A DNA stretch of 64,000 bases from an uncultured Verrucomicrobiae bacterium (lineage in GTDB: Bacteria > Verrucomicrobiota > Verrucomicrobiia > Chthoniobacterales > JAFAMB01): assembly GCA_963762565.1 (NCBI GenBank), contig CAVXLD010000008.1:36662-100661 (forward strand), written 5' to 3'. Positions 1 through 10,756 of this stretch are shown here, in pieces; positions within the stretch are counted from its first letter, which is position 1, and each line of letters begins with the position of its first letter. A program made the translations under genes and the position numbers. The notes beneath the pieces were generated by a model. That model was not told where the DNA came from. It searched no databases and saw only the letters and a list, made by a program, of their open reading frames with translations.

Positions 1-275
1 ACGGTACGCCGCGAACCAGACCACGCCGTGTCCGTCGACAGCGAATGATCTGATAAAACCCGTCCCTGGGGTGGCAACGTTCCCAACGATTATGTCGAAC
101 ACTGAGAGAGGTCCGCAACCGAACAGCATCCGCCCCTCACCATCCTCTGTTAGCGCAAATACTTGGCCTACCTCACCATAATCGTGACCGAAAAATCCGG
201 AAACGGGTGGCCAAGTTCCCAATGTCCCAAATACGGCCGCACTACAGAAAAAGAAGAGGAACCGAAGAACCACAC
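1..275 (-). CDS. 5' part of a beta-propeller (two-component regulator propeller-like) sensor protein, running off the window, frameshifted
   Basis: Manual minus-strand translation gives ELGHP.. then DYGEVGQVFALTEDGEGRMLFG..PGTGFIRSFAVDGHGVVWF, typical propeller blades; the pieces are in different frames. Confidence 0.55.
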
Positions 276-284
276 CTCGAAAAT

Positions 285-432
285 TCTGCAGCTTACACAG
301 AACGCAGATTACGATTGGCGAGTATAACGTCGATCGGCAAAATACCAGTGCCGAGAGCACGGTTCCGTTGGTTTCATGAGCAGATCGAAGCGTTAGCACG
401 TAAACGGAAAACTGCGTAACTGCGGATATTTA
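285..432. repeat. Degenerate copy of the CGCAGATTA-arm palindromic element (same internal sequence as 1399-1556)
   Basis: Shares gattacgattgg..aacgtcgatcg..catgagc..atcgaagcgttag.acgtaa..ctgcggatattta with 1399-1556. Confidence 0.75.
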
Positions 433-482
433 AATCTCTTTTTTCATCATTTACAGCCACCTCCAAAGAGCGCTTCTGGCCT

Positions 483-1358
483 TCATTTGCCCGACCCCAG
501 CGTTACGCCCTCCAGGAACACCCGTTGAAAGCAGAGAAAGACGGCCACAACGGGCAACACGACCAGGCACGATGCCGCCATTAGCAGGTTGAATTGGATT
601 CCGTGCATCGTTCTGAAAAAGGTCAGACCGAGTGACAGGGTGTACAGTTTATCGTTCTGGAGATAGATCAGGGGACCAAGAAAATCGTTCCAGGCGTTAA
701 CGCCGGCAAGCAGGGCCACCACTACTAGAGCGGGCCGGGTCAGCGGAAGAATGATCCGACCCATGATCTGGAATTCGTTGGCTCCATCGAGTCTCGCGGC
801 CTCGGATAGGCTAGCCGGAATTTGCAACATGAATTGGCGCAGAAGGAAAATGAAAAAAGGATTCCCTAAGAACGACGGTAGGATCAGCGGTAAAAACGAA
901 TTCACCAAACCTAGTCCGGCAAAAAATGAGAACATTGGCACCATCGTGATCGGGTTCACCGGGAATTGTATAAAGATGAAGATGGAAGCGATTACTGGGT
1001 AAAACAGCAGATCGCGTCCGGGCCATTTGATGCGGGAAAATCCGTACGCAACTACGAAATTCGATAAGACGCTTCCGATCACGGTAAATACCGCATAAAA
1101 GACGGTATTCCCTAGATAGGAGAGAAAGGGGAAAGTCTTCGTTGCCTGGTCAAAGTTACGCCAGACGGTCTCTTGCGGCCAGAGCGTCGGTGGAAATTGA
1201 GCGAGTTCTTTGTCCGATTTTAATGCCGTTACCAGCATCCAGTAGATTGGTGACAGATAAAAAAGACAAGTGGCGATAAGAAATATTCGCGAAACAAGTT
1301 GCTGCCGAATTTCAGACCGTGTACCCCCTGCCGGAATCAGAGCACTATACCAATTCAT
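483..1358 (-). CDS. Carbohydrate ABC transporter permease (MalG-like)
   Basis: 6 TM segments, EAA loop LSEAARLDGA, WNDFLGPLIYL. Confidence 0.95.
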   Translation of the reverse strand: MNWYSALIPAGGTRSEIRQQLVSRIFLIATCLFYLSPIYWMLVTALKSDKELAQFPPTLWPQETVWRNFDQATKTFPFLSYLGNTVFYAVFTVIGSVLSNFVVAYGFSRIKWPGRDLLFYPVIASIFIFIQFPVNPITMVPMFSFFAGLGLVNSFLPLILPSFLGNPFFIFLLRQFMLQIPASLSEAARLDGANEFQIMGRIILPLTRPALVVVALLAGVNAWNDFLGPLIYLQNDKLYTLSLGLTFFRTMHGIQFNLLMAASCLVVLPVVAVFLCFQRVFLEGVTLGSGK

Positions 1359-1398
1359 ATTCAGTCACCGCTGATCTGTAGACCCTCAAACCGAAGAT

Positions 1399-1556
1399 TA
1401 AATATCCGCAGATTACGCAGATTACGATTGGAGAGGAAAAACGTCGATCGACTTAAAGCACCCGTTCTGAGGTCGCCCGGTTTTCCAGTTGGTCTCATGA
1501 GCGAATCGAAGCGTTAGAACGTAATCTGCGAAATCTGCGTAATCTGCGGATATTTA
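1399..1556. repeat. Palindromic element with nonamer tandem arms (CGCAGATTA)n ... (TAATCTGCG)n
   Basis: taaatatccgcagattacgcagattacg ... cgtaatctgcgaaatctgcgtaatctgcggatattta inverted arms. Confidence 0.85.
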
Positions 1557-1630
1557 CCCTTCCGATGTCTTCGAACCGTTTCACGTCCATTCGTGTGCGT
1601 TCGCGGTTGGTTTTGTTTGTAATCTGCGGT

Positions 1631-2533
1631 TCATTCGAGGTGATAGTTGACCCAATATTTAGAGGACCAAAAGGTAACGATCGCGAGTACCGCGTTGATA
1701 ATAAACAGGATGCCGGAAACGGCCGCGGCTAACCCAACACGGCTATACTCAAAGGCGTTCTTGTAAATATAGAGCGCGGTGAAAGTGGTCGAGTTCAGCG
1801 GGCCGCCATCGGTCATAATATAAGCGGGGGCAAATACCTGGAGACCCAGACCCAGACCGATAATGATATCGTAGAGGATGGTTGGAGTAAGTAAGGGTAA
1901 CGTAATGTAATAGAACTTTCTCCATTGGCTGGCGCCATCCAATGACGCCGCATCGTAGAGAGTGGACGGAATTGTTCGCAAGGCAGTTAAGAAGACTAGT
2001 CCGATGTGACCCGCTCCGAACTGGGCCACCAGGACGATGGCTAGTTTTGACCAATGCGGATCACCGAGCCAGTTAATCGCAGGAATGTGTAACCAGCTCA
2101 GGAGATAGTTAAACAGGCCAAACCGAGGGTTCAGCAACCAAACCATGATCATCGATAGCGCAAATACCGGCGCCACACTCGGCAGGTAAAGGATCACGCG
2201 GTACCAGGCGACTTCGCGGACCTTCTGATTCATGGCTGCTGCCAAGCCGATTGCGACAACCACGCCAAGCGGAACCGCCAATACTACATAGTAGAAGGTG
2301 TTATAAAGCGAGGTCCAAAACAGCGGATCTTTGAACAACTCGGCGTAATTTTGGAAGCCGATCCATTCGGGTGCGCCAAACCCGGAATATTGGGTCATCC
2401 CCAGATGGAAATTGGAGAGGACCGGGTAGACCAAAAAAAGGAAGAAGCCGACAATCCAAGGGCTGATAAACAGCAAACCAAGCAGAAGATTGCGAAGATC
2501 TCCGCGGATCAGCTTTTTGTGCATCCTGCTCAT
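1631..2533 (-). CDS. Carbohydrate ABC transporter permease (MalF/UgpA-like)
   Basis: FISPWIVGF, LYDAASLDGA EAA loop, TDGGPLNST. Confidence 0.95.
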   Translation of the reverse strand: MSRMHKKLIRGDLRNLLLGLLFISPWIVGFFLFLVYPVLSNFHLGMTQYSGFGAPEWIGFQNYAELFKDPLFWTSLYNTFYYVVLAVPLGVVVAIGLAAAMNQKVREVAWYRVILYLPSVAPVFALSMIMVWLLNPRFGLFNYLLSWLHIPAINWLGDPHWSKLAIVLVAQFGAGHIGLVFLTALRTIPSTLYDAASLDGASQWRKFYYITLPLLTPTILYDIIIGLGLGLQVFAPAYIMTDGGPLNSTTFTALYIYKNAFEYSRVGLAAAVSGILFIINAVLAIVTFWSSKYWVNYHLE

Positions 2534-2545
2534 CTGGGGTCCATT

Positions 2546-2697
2546 ATCGTACTCGCCCTCGTCGTCGTCCTCGTCCTCGATTCAACGCCTTCCAGGGCCA
2601 AATCGCGAATATTATTCCAGCGTAGCGACTCCGTGACCTCCATTGCTAACTCACAACCGCTTCGAGGACGAGGACGACGACGAAGGACGAGTACGAT
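2546..2697. repeat. MITE-like element with (CTCGTC)n/(GACGAG)n terminal inverted arms
   Basis: atcgtactcgccctcgtcgtcgtcctcgtcctcga ... tcgaggacgaggacgacgacgaaggacgagtacgat. Confidence 0.9.
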
Positions 2698-2702
2698 TGG
2701 TG

Positions 2703-4004
2703 CTATTTACAGAACCGATCCATCTGCGGTTGTACCGCATCAACAACGGCTTTTAAGGCTGCCTCCGGCGTTTGGCTGTTCGTGATCACTGCTTCTTCCG
2801 CGTTCTTTAACTGGTCCCAATAAAGCCCGCCGACGGGCACCGGCGGGCGGGACTTGGAAACCGGTTGCAGGCTGAGAAAAAGATCATCCTCAGGCGGGAA
2901 CAGATCCTTGCGTTGTTGCAAACTCTTTAAGGTCGGCAAAGCCGAAGCTTCCTTAAGCAGCGCCGTCTGGCCTTCTTCACCTGTCTCGTAGCGCAATAAT
3001 TGGTAGGCGGCTTCGACGTTCTTTGATCCCTTAGGTATTACGACGGACCAGCCTCCCGACCAGGATGTTTTCAAGCCGTTAGGAGCCGGAATATAGGTGA
3101 CGCCGTACTCGAGGTTAGGAGCTACTGTTTTCATGGTGGCAAAGAGCCAGTTTCCGTCGATGACGAAAGCGACTTTTCCCGTGAAGAACGGCATTTGCGC
3201 ATCCGGTAGAGTCCCGTTTGACGGCCACTGCCAATACGTATCCACAAAAGTGCGCGCTTTTTGTGGATCCAAGGCTTTCGCAAAGTCATACAAGAACTGG
3301 TAACCATTGACCACGCCGGGGTCGGTAGCGGTGACTTTACAATTCTTGAAATCGAAAAAACTGCCGCCGAAAGCGAATCCCCAGGTGTAACCCCAGCCTT
3401 GCTCTAGCCACGGGACAAATCCGAGCCGGGTATATGCACCGGAGGCATCCGTTTGGTTCAGCTTTAGAGCGATCTCTTTGAATCTTTCCGGGAAGATGGG
3501 ACCGTGAGCAGGGTCGAACTCGCTTAAGTCGATGCCAGCGTCTCTTAGGATTTTTTTATTGTAGAAAAGAACACGTGCGTCGGTCTCGGTGGGAAGGGCG
3601 TATGTTTTACCATCGTAGGTGACCTCTTGCCATGGTCCTTCCGTATACTCCTGGCTCAAATCCTTGCCCTCTTTTTTGATGAGCGGCGTCAGGTCAGTGA
3701 GCAAACCGGCGGCCGCGCGTTGGGCGACGGTAAAACGATCAATCACGGCAAGATCAGGGCCAGCCCCGCTTCGTACCGCGGTCATGAGTTTAGCCACGTC
3801 CGTTTCCGAGCCGGGCATGGTCTCGATGTTGACCTTTATCGAAGGGTTCTTTTTGCTGAATTCTTCAGCTGTTTGCGTATAAGCGGCCTTTTCATGAGCG
3901 TTAATCGAGGAAGGCAACCAAAACTTAAGCTGAGTCTGTCCGTCAGCTCCGACCGAAAGGAGCAAAGAACTAAATGCAACTAATATCTGGGATTTCGTCT
4001 TCAT
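2703..4004 (-). CDS. Sugar ABC transporter substrate-binding protein
   Basis: Signal peptide from ATG 4004 (MKTKSQIL..), YDGKTYALP..LFYNKK, SGGWSVVIPKGSKNVEAA motifs; co-oriented with two permeases. Confidence 0.93.
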   Translation of the reverse strand: MKTKSQILVAFSSLLLSVGADGQTQLKFWLPSSINAHEKAAYTQTAEEFSKKNPSIKVNIETMPGSETDVAKLMTAVRSGAGPDLAVIDRFTVAQRAAAGLLTDLTPLIKKEGKDLSQEYTEGPWQEVTYDGKTYALPTETDARVLFYNKKILRDAGIDLSEFDPAHGPIFPERFKEIALKLNQTDASGAYTRLGFVPWLEQGWGYTWGFAFGGSFFDFKNCKVTATDPGVVNGYQFLYDFAKALDPQKARTFVDTYWQWPSNGTLPDAQMPFFTGKVAFVIDGNWLFATMKTVAPNLEYGVTYIPAPNGLKTSWSGGWSVVIPKGSKNVEAAYQLLRYETGEEGQTALLKEASALPTLKSLQQRKDLFPPEDDLFLSLQPVSKSRPPVPVGGLYWDQLKNAEEAVITNSQTPEAALKAVVDAVQPQMDRFCK

Positions 4005-4099
4005 GAGGGGGAGGAACTGTGAGTGCACAACCTCCGTGATTGGCACCCTTTATGAGTACAACGAATCTAAGGCGTGGCAACGAGTGAGCGTCTGCGTGC

Positions 4100-4384
4100 C
4101 GGCGAATGGGCGAATGGGCGAAACGGCGATACGGCGATTTGAGGCGCGAAGCGCTGGTAAGATCTTAGCCTAGAGGCTGAGTCCGCGAGGCCTAGGTATG
4201 CCCAAAGTAAAAGCGACGAGCGCTGAAGGCGCGACAGAACGCGGTTATTGAACGCGTTGGTTGAGACCGCATTGCCCATTCGCCCATTCGCCGTTTCGCC
4301 CATTCGCCCTTTCGCAGCCTCGCCGCATCGCCGCGTCGCCGCGTCGCCAACCTTTCCTTTGCGTCTTTGCGTCTTGGCGTGAGA
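4100..4384. repeat. Composite palindromic element: (GGCGAATG)n/(CATTCGCC)n arms, TTGAGGCGCGAAGCGCTG core, CTTTGCGT arm
   Basis: Tandem octamers in inverted orientation; core shared with 12712-12836. Confidence 0.8.
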
Positions 4385-4393
4385 TATCTTCTC

Positions 4394-7300
4394 GTGACTC
4401 GTTCTGATCCCCTCCAGCAATCATTAAAGCGGCTCTCGAATCGTTTATTAGAACTCGGTGCGTGGCGTGACCGAGATTGGACCCTGATCCCTAACGGTGA
4501 ATTTCGGGTTCGACCGGACGCGACTTGGCAACCGATTCGAGTCGGCGATCCTTGGCCGATCCAGGACGCTCCCATCGAATTCCGATTCAATGTTGTGATC
4601 CCCAAGAATTGGGTTGGATCGCCGGTTCATTGCCGTTTCCGTTTGGGTGGTGAAGCGCTTCTGTTTCTCAACGAACAACCATTAGCGGGACTAAATACGT
4701 TTCATGAAGAGCATCCCGTGTTGATAGAAGCCAGCGGGGGAGAAACCTTGCGATTCAGCGCTCACGCTGTTTCGCACGGCTTGTTTGGAACGCCGGAGAG
4801 CCGGCCCTGCTTGGATCTGGCGGCAATCGTTGTTCCGGAAACCGATGTTCGTTCGCTTTATGACGATCTTGCAACTGTACTGGACGCGGCGCGTTATCAC
4901 TATCTCAAAGGCCGGTACTCGCTGGTCGAATTGTTGGCGGATCTCGTCCATCGCGCGTTTGTCAGAATTTCACTTCCTAGAAACGATACCGAAAGCTATC
5001 TCGCCCGCTTGGCTGCAATTTCGCAGAGCCGTTCGGCCGAGAACTTTTACGGGAACGAAGAGAGTTTGGCTTCACTTTGGGAACGATGGAAGTTTCCTTC
5101 AAACCCGTCTCCCTTAGCCGCGGAACATCTGCAGCGAGCGCGCGACATCAGAGAACAGTTTCGCAACGATCTGGCCGAGGCTCGGAGCCGCTTCCCGGCC
5201 GAGGGAAATATTTGGCTCACTGGACACGCGCACATCGATCTGGCCTGGCTTTGGCCGCTGGAAGAGACGCGGAGAAAGGCGCGGCGCACTTTCTACACAG
5301 TGACCGGTTTGATGGACCGGTATCCCGATTTTCATTTCAACCAGTCCAGCGCTCAGGTCTATTCTTGGATCGAACAAGATGATCCTGCCCTTTTCGAGAA
5401 GATCCGGACACAGGTGCAGGCTGGCCGTTGGGAACCCATCGGCGGGATGTGGGTTGAACCGGATGGCAATCTATTGTCCGGCGAGTCGTGGGTCCGCCAA
5501 CTTTTGTTAGGACAACGCTATTTTGAGAGCAGATTCGGCCGCCGGGTTAAAGTCGCTTGGCTGCCGGATTCGTTTGGGTTTAACGGCAGCTTACCTCAGC
5601 TTCTGGTCTCGGCTGGGATTCCTTTCTTTTTTACTCATAAGCTGAGCTGGAGCGAACGAAATCCGTTTCCTTACAACCTCTATTGGTGGGAAGGGATCGA
5701 TGGGACGCGAGTGCTTGCTCACAGCTTCACAAACCCGGAGAGCGGCTACAACGCGCGTCTGACCGCGCCGGAGCTCGGTGAAACCTGGCAAAATTTTCTA
5801 GGAAAACGGCTGCATGACACCACGCTTCTATCTTTTGGATACGGTGATGGAGGCGGCGGCCCAAGCGAAGAAATGCTGGAGCGTTACTCGCGCTTGCGAG
5901 CATGCCCAGGCCTGCCGGATCTCAAGATGGGTTTAGTGTCCGACTTCTACGAAGAGATCCCGACCGTTCCCGGCGCTGACGGCGTGCCCGAGTAGCCTCC
6001 GGCTTGGAGAAGTCTCAGGAGCCTAAGCGACAGGACGAAGTGGGGAGTATAAACGACGGGGCGATGTCGGGCGTTCCTACGTGGGTGGGCGAGCAATACC
6101 TTGAGTATCATCGAGCCACATTTACCACGCAGGCAAAGGTTAAATGGTTAAATCGCCAATTGGAACACGCATTGGTTGAAGCGGAGACGGCGGCCACATT
6201 GAGCTTTATTTGGGACCGGCAAAAATATCCGGCCGAACAGCTGAATTCGCTTTGGCAAACCCTCCTGCTTCATCAGTTTCATGACATCCTTCCGGGCTCA
6301 AGCATCCACTCTGTCTATGAAGCCGCGCATCAAACCCTAGCTGCGGCGTTGGAGTTGACCACCAAGTTACGGGAAACGGCCTTAGGGTCGTCTGAACCAG
6401 CGGATTCGTCGGAATACGTCATTTGGAACTCGCAACTTTACGACAAGCCACTCGTCGTTGAAGTGCTTGGAGCGAGCCGCAAAGAAGCTTCGATGTTGAG
6501 CATTCAAGGGCGCCCGTTGTTAAGTCAACGATTGGATACCGGAGCTCTTTTGCTGGCTGACTTTAGCGAAACCGTTCCCGCAATGAGCTCGGTAAGGATG
6601 AACTCATCCGCCGCAGTGGAACACCACCAGGAATCAAACGGCACGGACTTGATCGCCGAACGCCAAACGCCGAACACCGAACGCCAAACGGGGGCGACTT
6701 CGCGCCAAATCGAGAACCAGAACTTAAGAATTACGGTCAACGGCGACGGTACTCTGGAATCGATCTACGATAAGACTTTCGGTCGTGAGGTGTTGGCTGG
6801 TCGCGGTAATCAACTCTGGTTGTTCACTGATGTTCCGCGGCAATTTGATGCTTGGGATATCGATTCAACATATAGCGAAGAGGGAACCGAACTGGCGGCT
6901 ACTGCCGATCCGGAATTGGTTGAACAGGGTCCAATCCGGGCTGGCTTGAGAGTCGTGCGTCGCTATGAAAATATTGAGATTACTCAGGATTACCGTCTAA
7001 CCGCGCATTCTCGACGGCTTGAGATTGCAACTAAAGTTAAATGGCATGGCCGGCGCCGGCTGTTGCGCGCCATTTTTCCGTTCGCTATTCACACGCACGA
7101 AGTCTGGTCGGAAACAGCTTTTGGAGCTGTCGCCCGGCCGAATCATCGAAATACTCCGTGGGACCAGGCGCGTTTCGAAATCCCGGTGCATCGCTGGGCC
7201 GATCTCAGTGAACCTGGCTACGGGGTTAGTCTACTTAATAACGCGAAATATGGTTACAGCGCGCATAGTAATCTGCTGGGGATCAGCCTGCTCCGGGCCC

Positions 7301-7731
7301 CGATTTATCCAGATCCTTATGCGGATGAGGGAGACCACGAGTTCCTATACGCGGTTTTTCCGCACCCTGGCGATTGGCGAAACGGTACCGTTCGAGAAGC
7401 GGAAGACATGCATTCTCCGCTCAGGCTTATGCCAACTCAAAGATCCGACGGTTGGCCATCGCTCTTCCGATTTTCGGAAGAATCACTCCGACTAGCGTCC
7501 CTAAAGAAAGCTGAGGATTCTGACGCGATAATTCTGCGACTTTACGAGCCGCAGGGCTCCCGAGGAAAAGCCGCCATCGAGACCGCGCTCCCGCTGCAAA
7601 AAGCAGTTTTCGTCAATATCCTGGAGGATGAGAACCAGGAATTAACCATCGAAGACGAACGCCGAATCACCTTCGAGTTCAAGCCGTTCCAGGTAATTTC
7701 CTTAAAGCTAATCTTTAAAAGGATGAGCTAG
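4394..7731 (+). CDS. Alpha-mannosidase, GH38 (N-terminal, middle and C-terminal domains); reported as two ORFs because of a 1-nt indel inside an internal repeat insertion
   Basis: GHAHIDLAWLWP, WLPDSFG, GYGDGGGGP, YLEYHRATFTTQ, HQFHDILPGSS, WDQARFE; likely GTG start at 4394; ORFs 4367-5995 and 6004-7731 fuse if one base is restored near 5992. Confidence 0.9.
5965..6077. mobile_element. CCCGACGTAGCC..GGCGAAGTCGGG-family palindromic element inserted in the mannosidase CDS, flanked by CGTTCC direct repeats
   Basis: Homologous to 24739-24827, 25030-25092 and 51852-51916; CGTTCC at 5965-5970 and 6072-6077. Confidence 0.8.
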
Positions 7732-7747
7732 GAGTGGCTTGTTGGCG

Positions 7748-8003
7748 TTTTGGTGGGGCGAGGCTCCTGAATGGCCCGACCATCTAAACGAAGCAGCTGA
7801 TAATCACCCGGATATCAGTGCGGTTAGGCCGTTAATCGCGCCGAGCCGCGGTCTATCGCTGGGCCGCGGCTCGGCGCGTTGTTTGGCCTAACCGTGCTGT
7901 TGGCCTGGTGAATATCAGCTGCTTCGCTATAGCGCTCAGTCTTTCGGGAGCCTCGCCCCACCAAAGTTTCCCTCCTAGCTCCTAGATTCTAGCTCCTAGC
8001 TCC
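7748..8003. repeat. REPIN-like long palindrome (GTGGGGCGAGGCTCC...GGAGCCTCGCCCCAC) with CTAGCTC heptamer tail
   Basis: Nested inverted stems over ~215 bp (cgaagcagctgata/tatcagctgcttcg, cggttaggcc/ggcctaaccg, gccgagccgcgg/ccgcggctcggc). Confidence 0.9.
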
Positions 8004-8007
8004 TGCT

Positions 8008-8781
8008 TTACGAGTGTGCATCCACAAACTTACTCAATGCTTCCCGCGTTCCAGCGGTGGGGACTACCTTAGCGAATGCTTCTGCCTCGATGGCTAACCC
8101 TTCATCGATCGTCGTGTTTAAGCCCCGGTGTACCGCGTGGAGGCAGACCGCGACGGCCTCGGGGGTAAAGCTGGCTACTTTGAGTCCGAGGCCGATCGCT
8201 TCATCCAGAAGCGTTTCCTTATCAACGATCGCGTTGATCAAGCCGGCTTCTTTCGCCTCGATCGCGGTAATCGGTTCGCCAGTGAGGATCATTCTCAGCG
8301 CACGTTTCCGGCCAATCAATCTCGGTAGCCGCTGAGTTCCTCCGAAGCAGGGAGGTATTCCAATGGCGATTTCAGCCTTGGAAAACTTAGCTTCAGGTAC
8401 AGCAATCGATAGATGCGTCGCTTCCACGATTTCGCATCCGCCACCGTAGGCGAGGCCGTTTACGGCCGCGATGATCGGCTTCGAGAAATTCTCGATTCGC
8501 TTTGTCATGTTCTGCCCTCGCCGGACAAATCGACGATGAACGATTTGTGGACCCAGCTTCACATCTTGGGAAAACTCATGGATGTCCGCTCCTGCGCTAA
8601 AAGCGCGACCGGAACCGGTCATAACCACGGCCCGAATCTTGTCTTCTTCTTCGACCTCATCCAATGCCTGAACGATCGCATCGACCAATTCATAGTTGAG
8701 CGCATTGAGCTTGGCCGGACGTTCAAACGTAAGAATGGCTACGGATTCACGATCGCTGCGGGAAAGGACGCTAGTATTCAT
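8008..8781 (-). CDS. Enoyl-CoA hydratase/isomerase (crotonase) family protein
   Basis: AFSAGADI, AVNGLAYGGGCE, PCFGGTQRLPRLIG. Confidence 0.95.
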   Translation of the reverse strand: MNTSVLSRSDRESVAILTFERPAKLNALNYELVDAIVQALDEVEEEDKIRAVVMTGSGRAFSAGADIHEFSQDVKLGPQIVHRRFVRRGQNMTKRIENFSKPIIAAVNGLAYGGGCEIVEATHLSIAVPEAKFSKAEIAIGIPPCFGGTQRLPRLIGRKRALRMILTGEPITAIEAKEAGLINAIVDKETLLDEAIGLGLKVASFTPEAVAVCLHAVHRGLNTTIDEGLAIEAEAFAKVVPTAGTREALSKFVDAHS

Positions 8782-8797
8782 GACGAGGTACAGATAC

Positions 8798-9187
8798 AGG
8801 AGCTAGGAGCCACAATCTAGGAGCGAGGAGGAGAGGCGTGTCGGCGTTGGTGGGGCGAGGCCCCCGAATGGCCAAATAGCGTCCGCGGAGAAGCTGCGTT
8901 TCTGTGGCATGACCGCGACCGAGGTCTGTGCGCGCGCCGAGCCGGTCCCAGCGTTTGCCAGCATCGAGTATATGCTTTTCGCTGCCGCGACGCTTCCAGG
9001 GGCCGGCGCTAGTACCCGAGCCTGGCAGTCGCTGGGCCGCGGCTCGGCGAACAACTTGGCGTAGATGATCAAACCCGACGGGAAACCTTGACTCCTTCGC
9101 GAAAGCCTTCCGGCCGTTCGGGAGCCTCGCCCCACCACATGCCCACGCCTCTCCTCCTCGCTCCTAGATTCTAGCTCCTAGCTCCTA
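8798..9187. repeat. REPIN-like element nested in inverted GAGCTAG/CTAGCTC heptamer arms
   Basis: ggtggggcgaggcccccgaatggcc ... ggccgttcgggagcctcgccccacca, outer arms aggagctaggag / ctcctagattctagctcctag. Confidence 0.9.
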
Positions 9188-9255
9188 AATCAGGGTGACA
9201 ACCCGCCCCGCGCCCAGTTATTCTGGCTGCCATTTCAGCGCGCGCTTAACAGGGT

Positions 9256-10070
9256 ATGGACATATTGCGGCCGCCGCCAGATCAACAGGATGACGAAGCA
9301 CCGCCACCGCCAAGGAACCGGTTCTTACGGTTCGTCTTTGCCGTTTTGTTCTTAGTGATCGGCATGGTGATTTTCTTTGTCGGCGGCCTAATTGTGCGAA
9401 ACCCGGAGCTGCCAAACTATCTGCTTGATCAGATCGTCAGGCGTTTTCAGGGCGAAACGAGAGGCAGCGCTACTACCGGGAAAGCCTATGTCAGCTCTGC
9501 GAGAACCACAAGCCGCCTCCTCCGCCTACGACAGCGGAACAGTATCTGAACCTGATGAGCTATGATGAGAATAGTCTTTCGCCCGATGAACGGGCCATCG
9601 CATCGGTATTGAATCAGACCGTAAACGGACTAGTCGGAATACGATCCCCGCGACTAGCCCGGTTATTCAACGACCAAATATTGGCCGGGCTGAAAAATCT
9701 TAAGCCAGGTGGCGATGATACCAAGATTCGAGCGCGATAGCGGAATTCCGTGAGACCGCAAACGCGGAGATCAAATTCTACCAGGAGCTTCCGGAACAAC
9801 TTGCCGCCAAGCTGACGGCCGCTGGCATCCCGGGCTCTCTAGCCCAACAAACTTCCGAAATCTTTGCCCAGCGGGTGGGCGCTCGGCAAAACATCTCCTG
9901 GGCTGCAAGCGTGAATTTGCTTTGTAACAACGTAATCACAATGGTGGATCTCCTTTCGAAGAGCTCCACAAAATGGAAGCGAAACTGCAACGGCGGCGTA
10001 CAATTCACCAGTCAGGCGCCTTTAACAATACAATGTTACCGCGATAGAGATGAATTCGGCGGTAAAAGCC
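9256..10070 (+). CDS. Hypothetical single-pass membrane protein broken into ORF pieces (frameshifts or read errors)
   Basis: N-terminal TM (FVFAVLFLVIGMVIFFVGGLIV) followed by contiguous protein-like ORFs 9555-9740 and 9875-10192 in other frames; end approximate. Confidence 0.5.
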
Positions 10071-10106
10071 CTCAACGGCGGCTGACACGCCCTCGCCGAT
10101 ACTCCG

Positions 10107-10706
10107 TCACACCTCCTGGTTCGTCACAAACTCTCGTATCTTCCCCAGGATCCGCTCCTCAACCTGATCCTGTGTCTCACCAGCCGCCTTGAGCTGGGTT
10201 TTCGAAACAATCAAGGAATGGTCTCCGCCTTCGACCACGTAAAGTTCGTTTGCTGCTTTCATCTTTCCGCGAACAGCTTCCAATAGATCAAGCGGACAGA
10301 GCGAGTCTCGGGTTCCTTGTACGAATAAAATAGGCCGCGATGATTCCAGAAGCACTGCATCCCGCATCTTTCCCGGATTGCCCGCGCCGCAGAGTGGATA
10401 GCCAAGACAAACTACTGCCGAAACGTTTTCTTCCAACGCCAGATGGCAGCCAATTCGACCTCCCATACTTTTCCCGATCAAGATCGCTGGTCCGGCGTGC
10501 GCTTTCCTGGCCTCGATAAGCGCCTCGCGATGCGCGGCAATCAGCACGGGCAGGGGATCCGGCCGTTTCCGATGTTCCCGCATGTAAGGATAATCAAACA
10601 GAGAAACCGATCCAATCGTCGCTAATCTCTTTGCCCAGCGTTGCATCCATGGATGCGCCGAAGGTGCACCGGCTCCATGAGCGAAGAGGAAAATTGGCGT
10701 TCTCAT
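10107..10706 (-). CDS. Alpha/beta hydrolase (KANL3/Tex30-like)
   Basis: FAHGAGA, nucleophile GKSMGGR, QGTRD, GGDHS. Confidence 0.9.
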   Translation of the reverse strand: MRTPIFLFAHGAGAPSAHPWMQRWAKRLATIGSVSLFDYPYMREHRKRPDPLPVLIAAHREALIEARKAHAGPAILIGKSMGGRIGCHLALEENVSAVVCLGYPLCGAGNPGKMRDAVLLESSRPILFVQGTRDSLCPLDLLEAVRGKMKAANELYVVEGGDHSLIVSKTQLKAAGETQDQVEERILGKIREFVTNQEV

Positions 10707-10756
10707 GCCGACAAGGGAAGGTATTTGGATTGCGCGAACGAAATCCAGGAAATCAA

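Noticed and set aside
4067..4420. ORFs over repeat elements (also 8803-9138, 18506-18811, 30239-30805, 44100-44481, 45355-45744)
   Set aside because: Translations of palindromic or tandem repeat DNA, or antisense shadows of real genes.
4367..7731. Two separate mannosidase genes or a programmed frameshift
   Set aside because: The break is explained by a single missing base in a repeat insertion; no slippery site seen.
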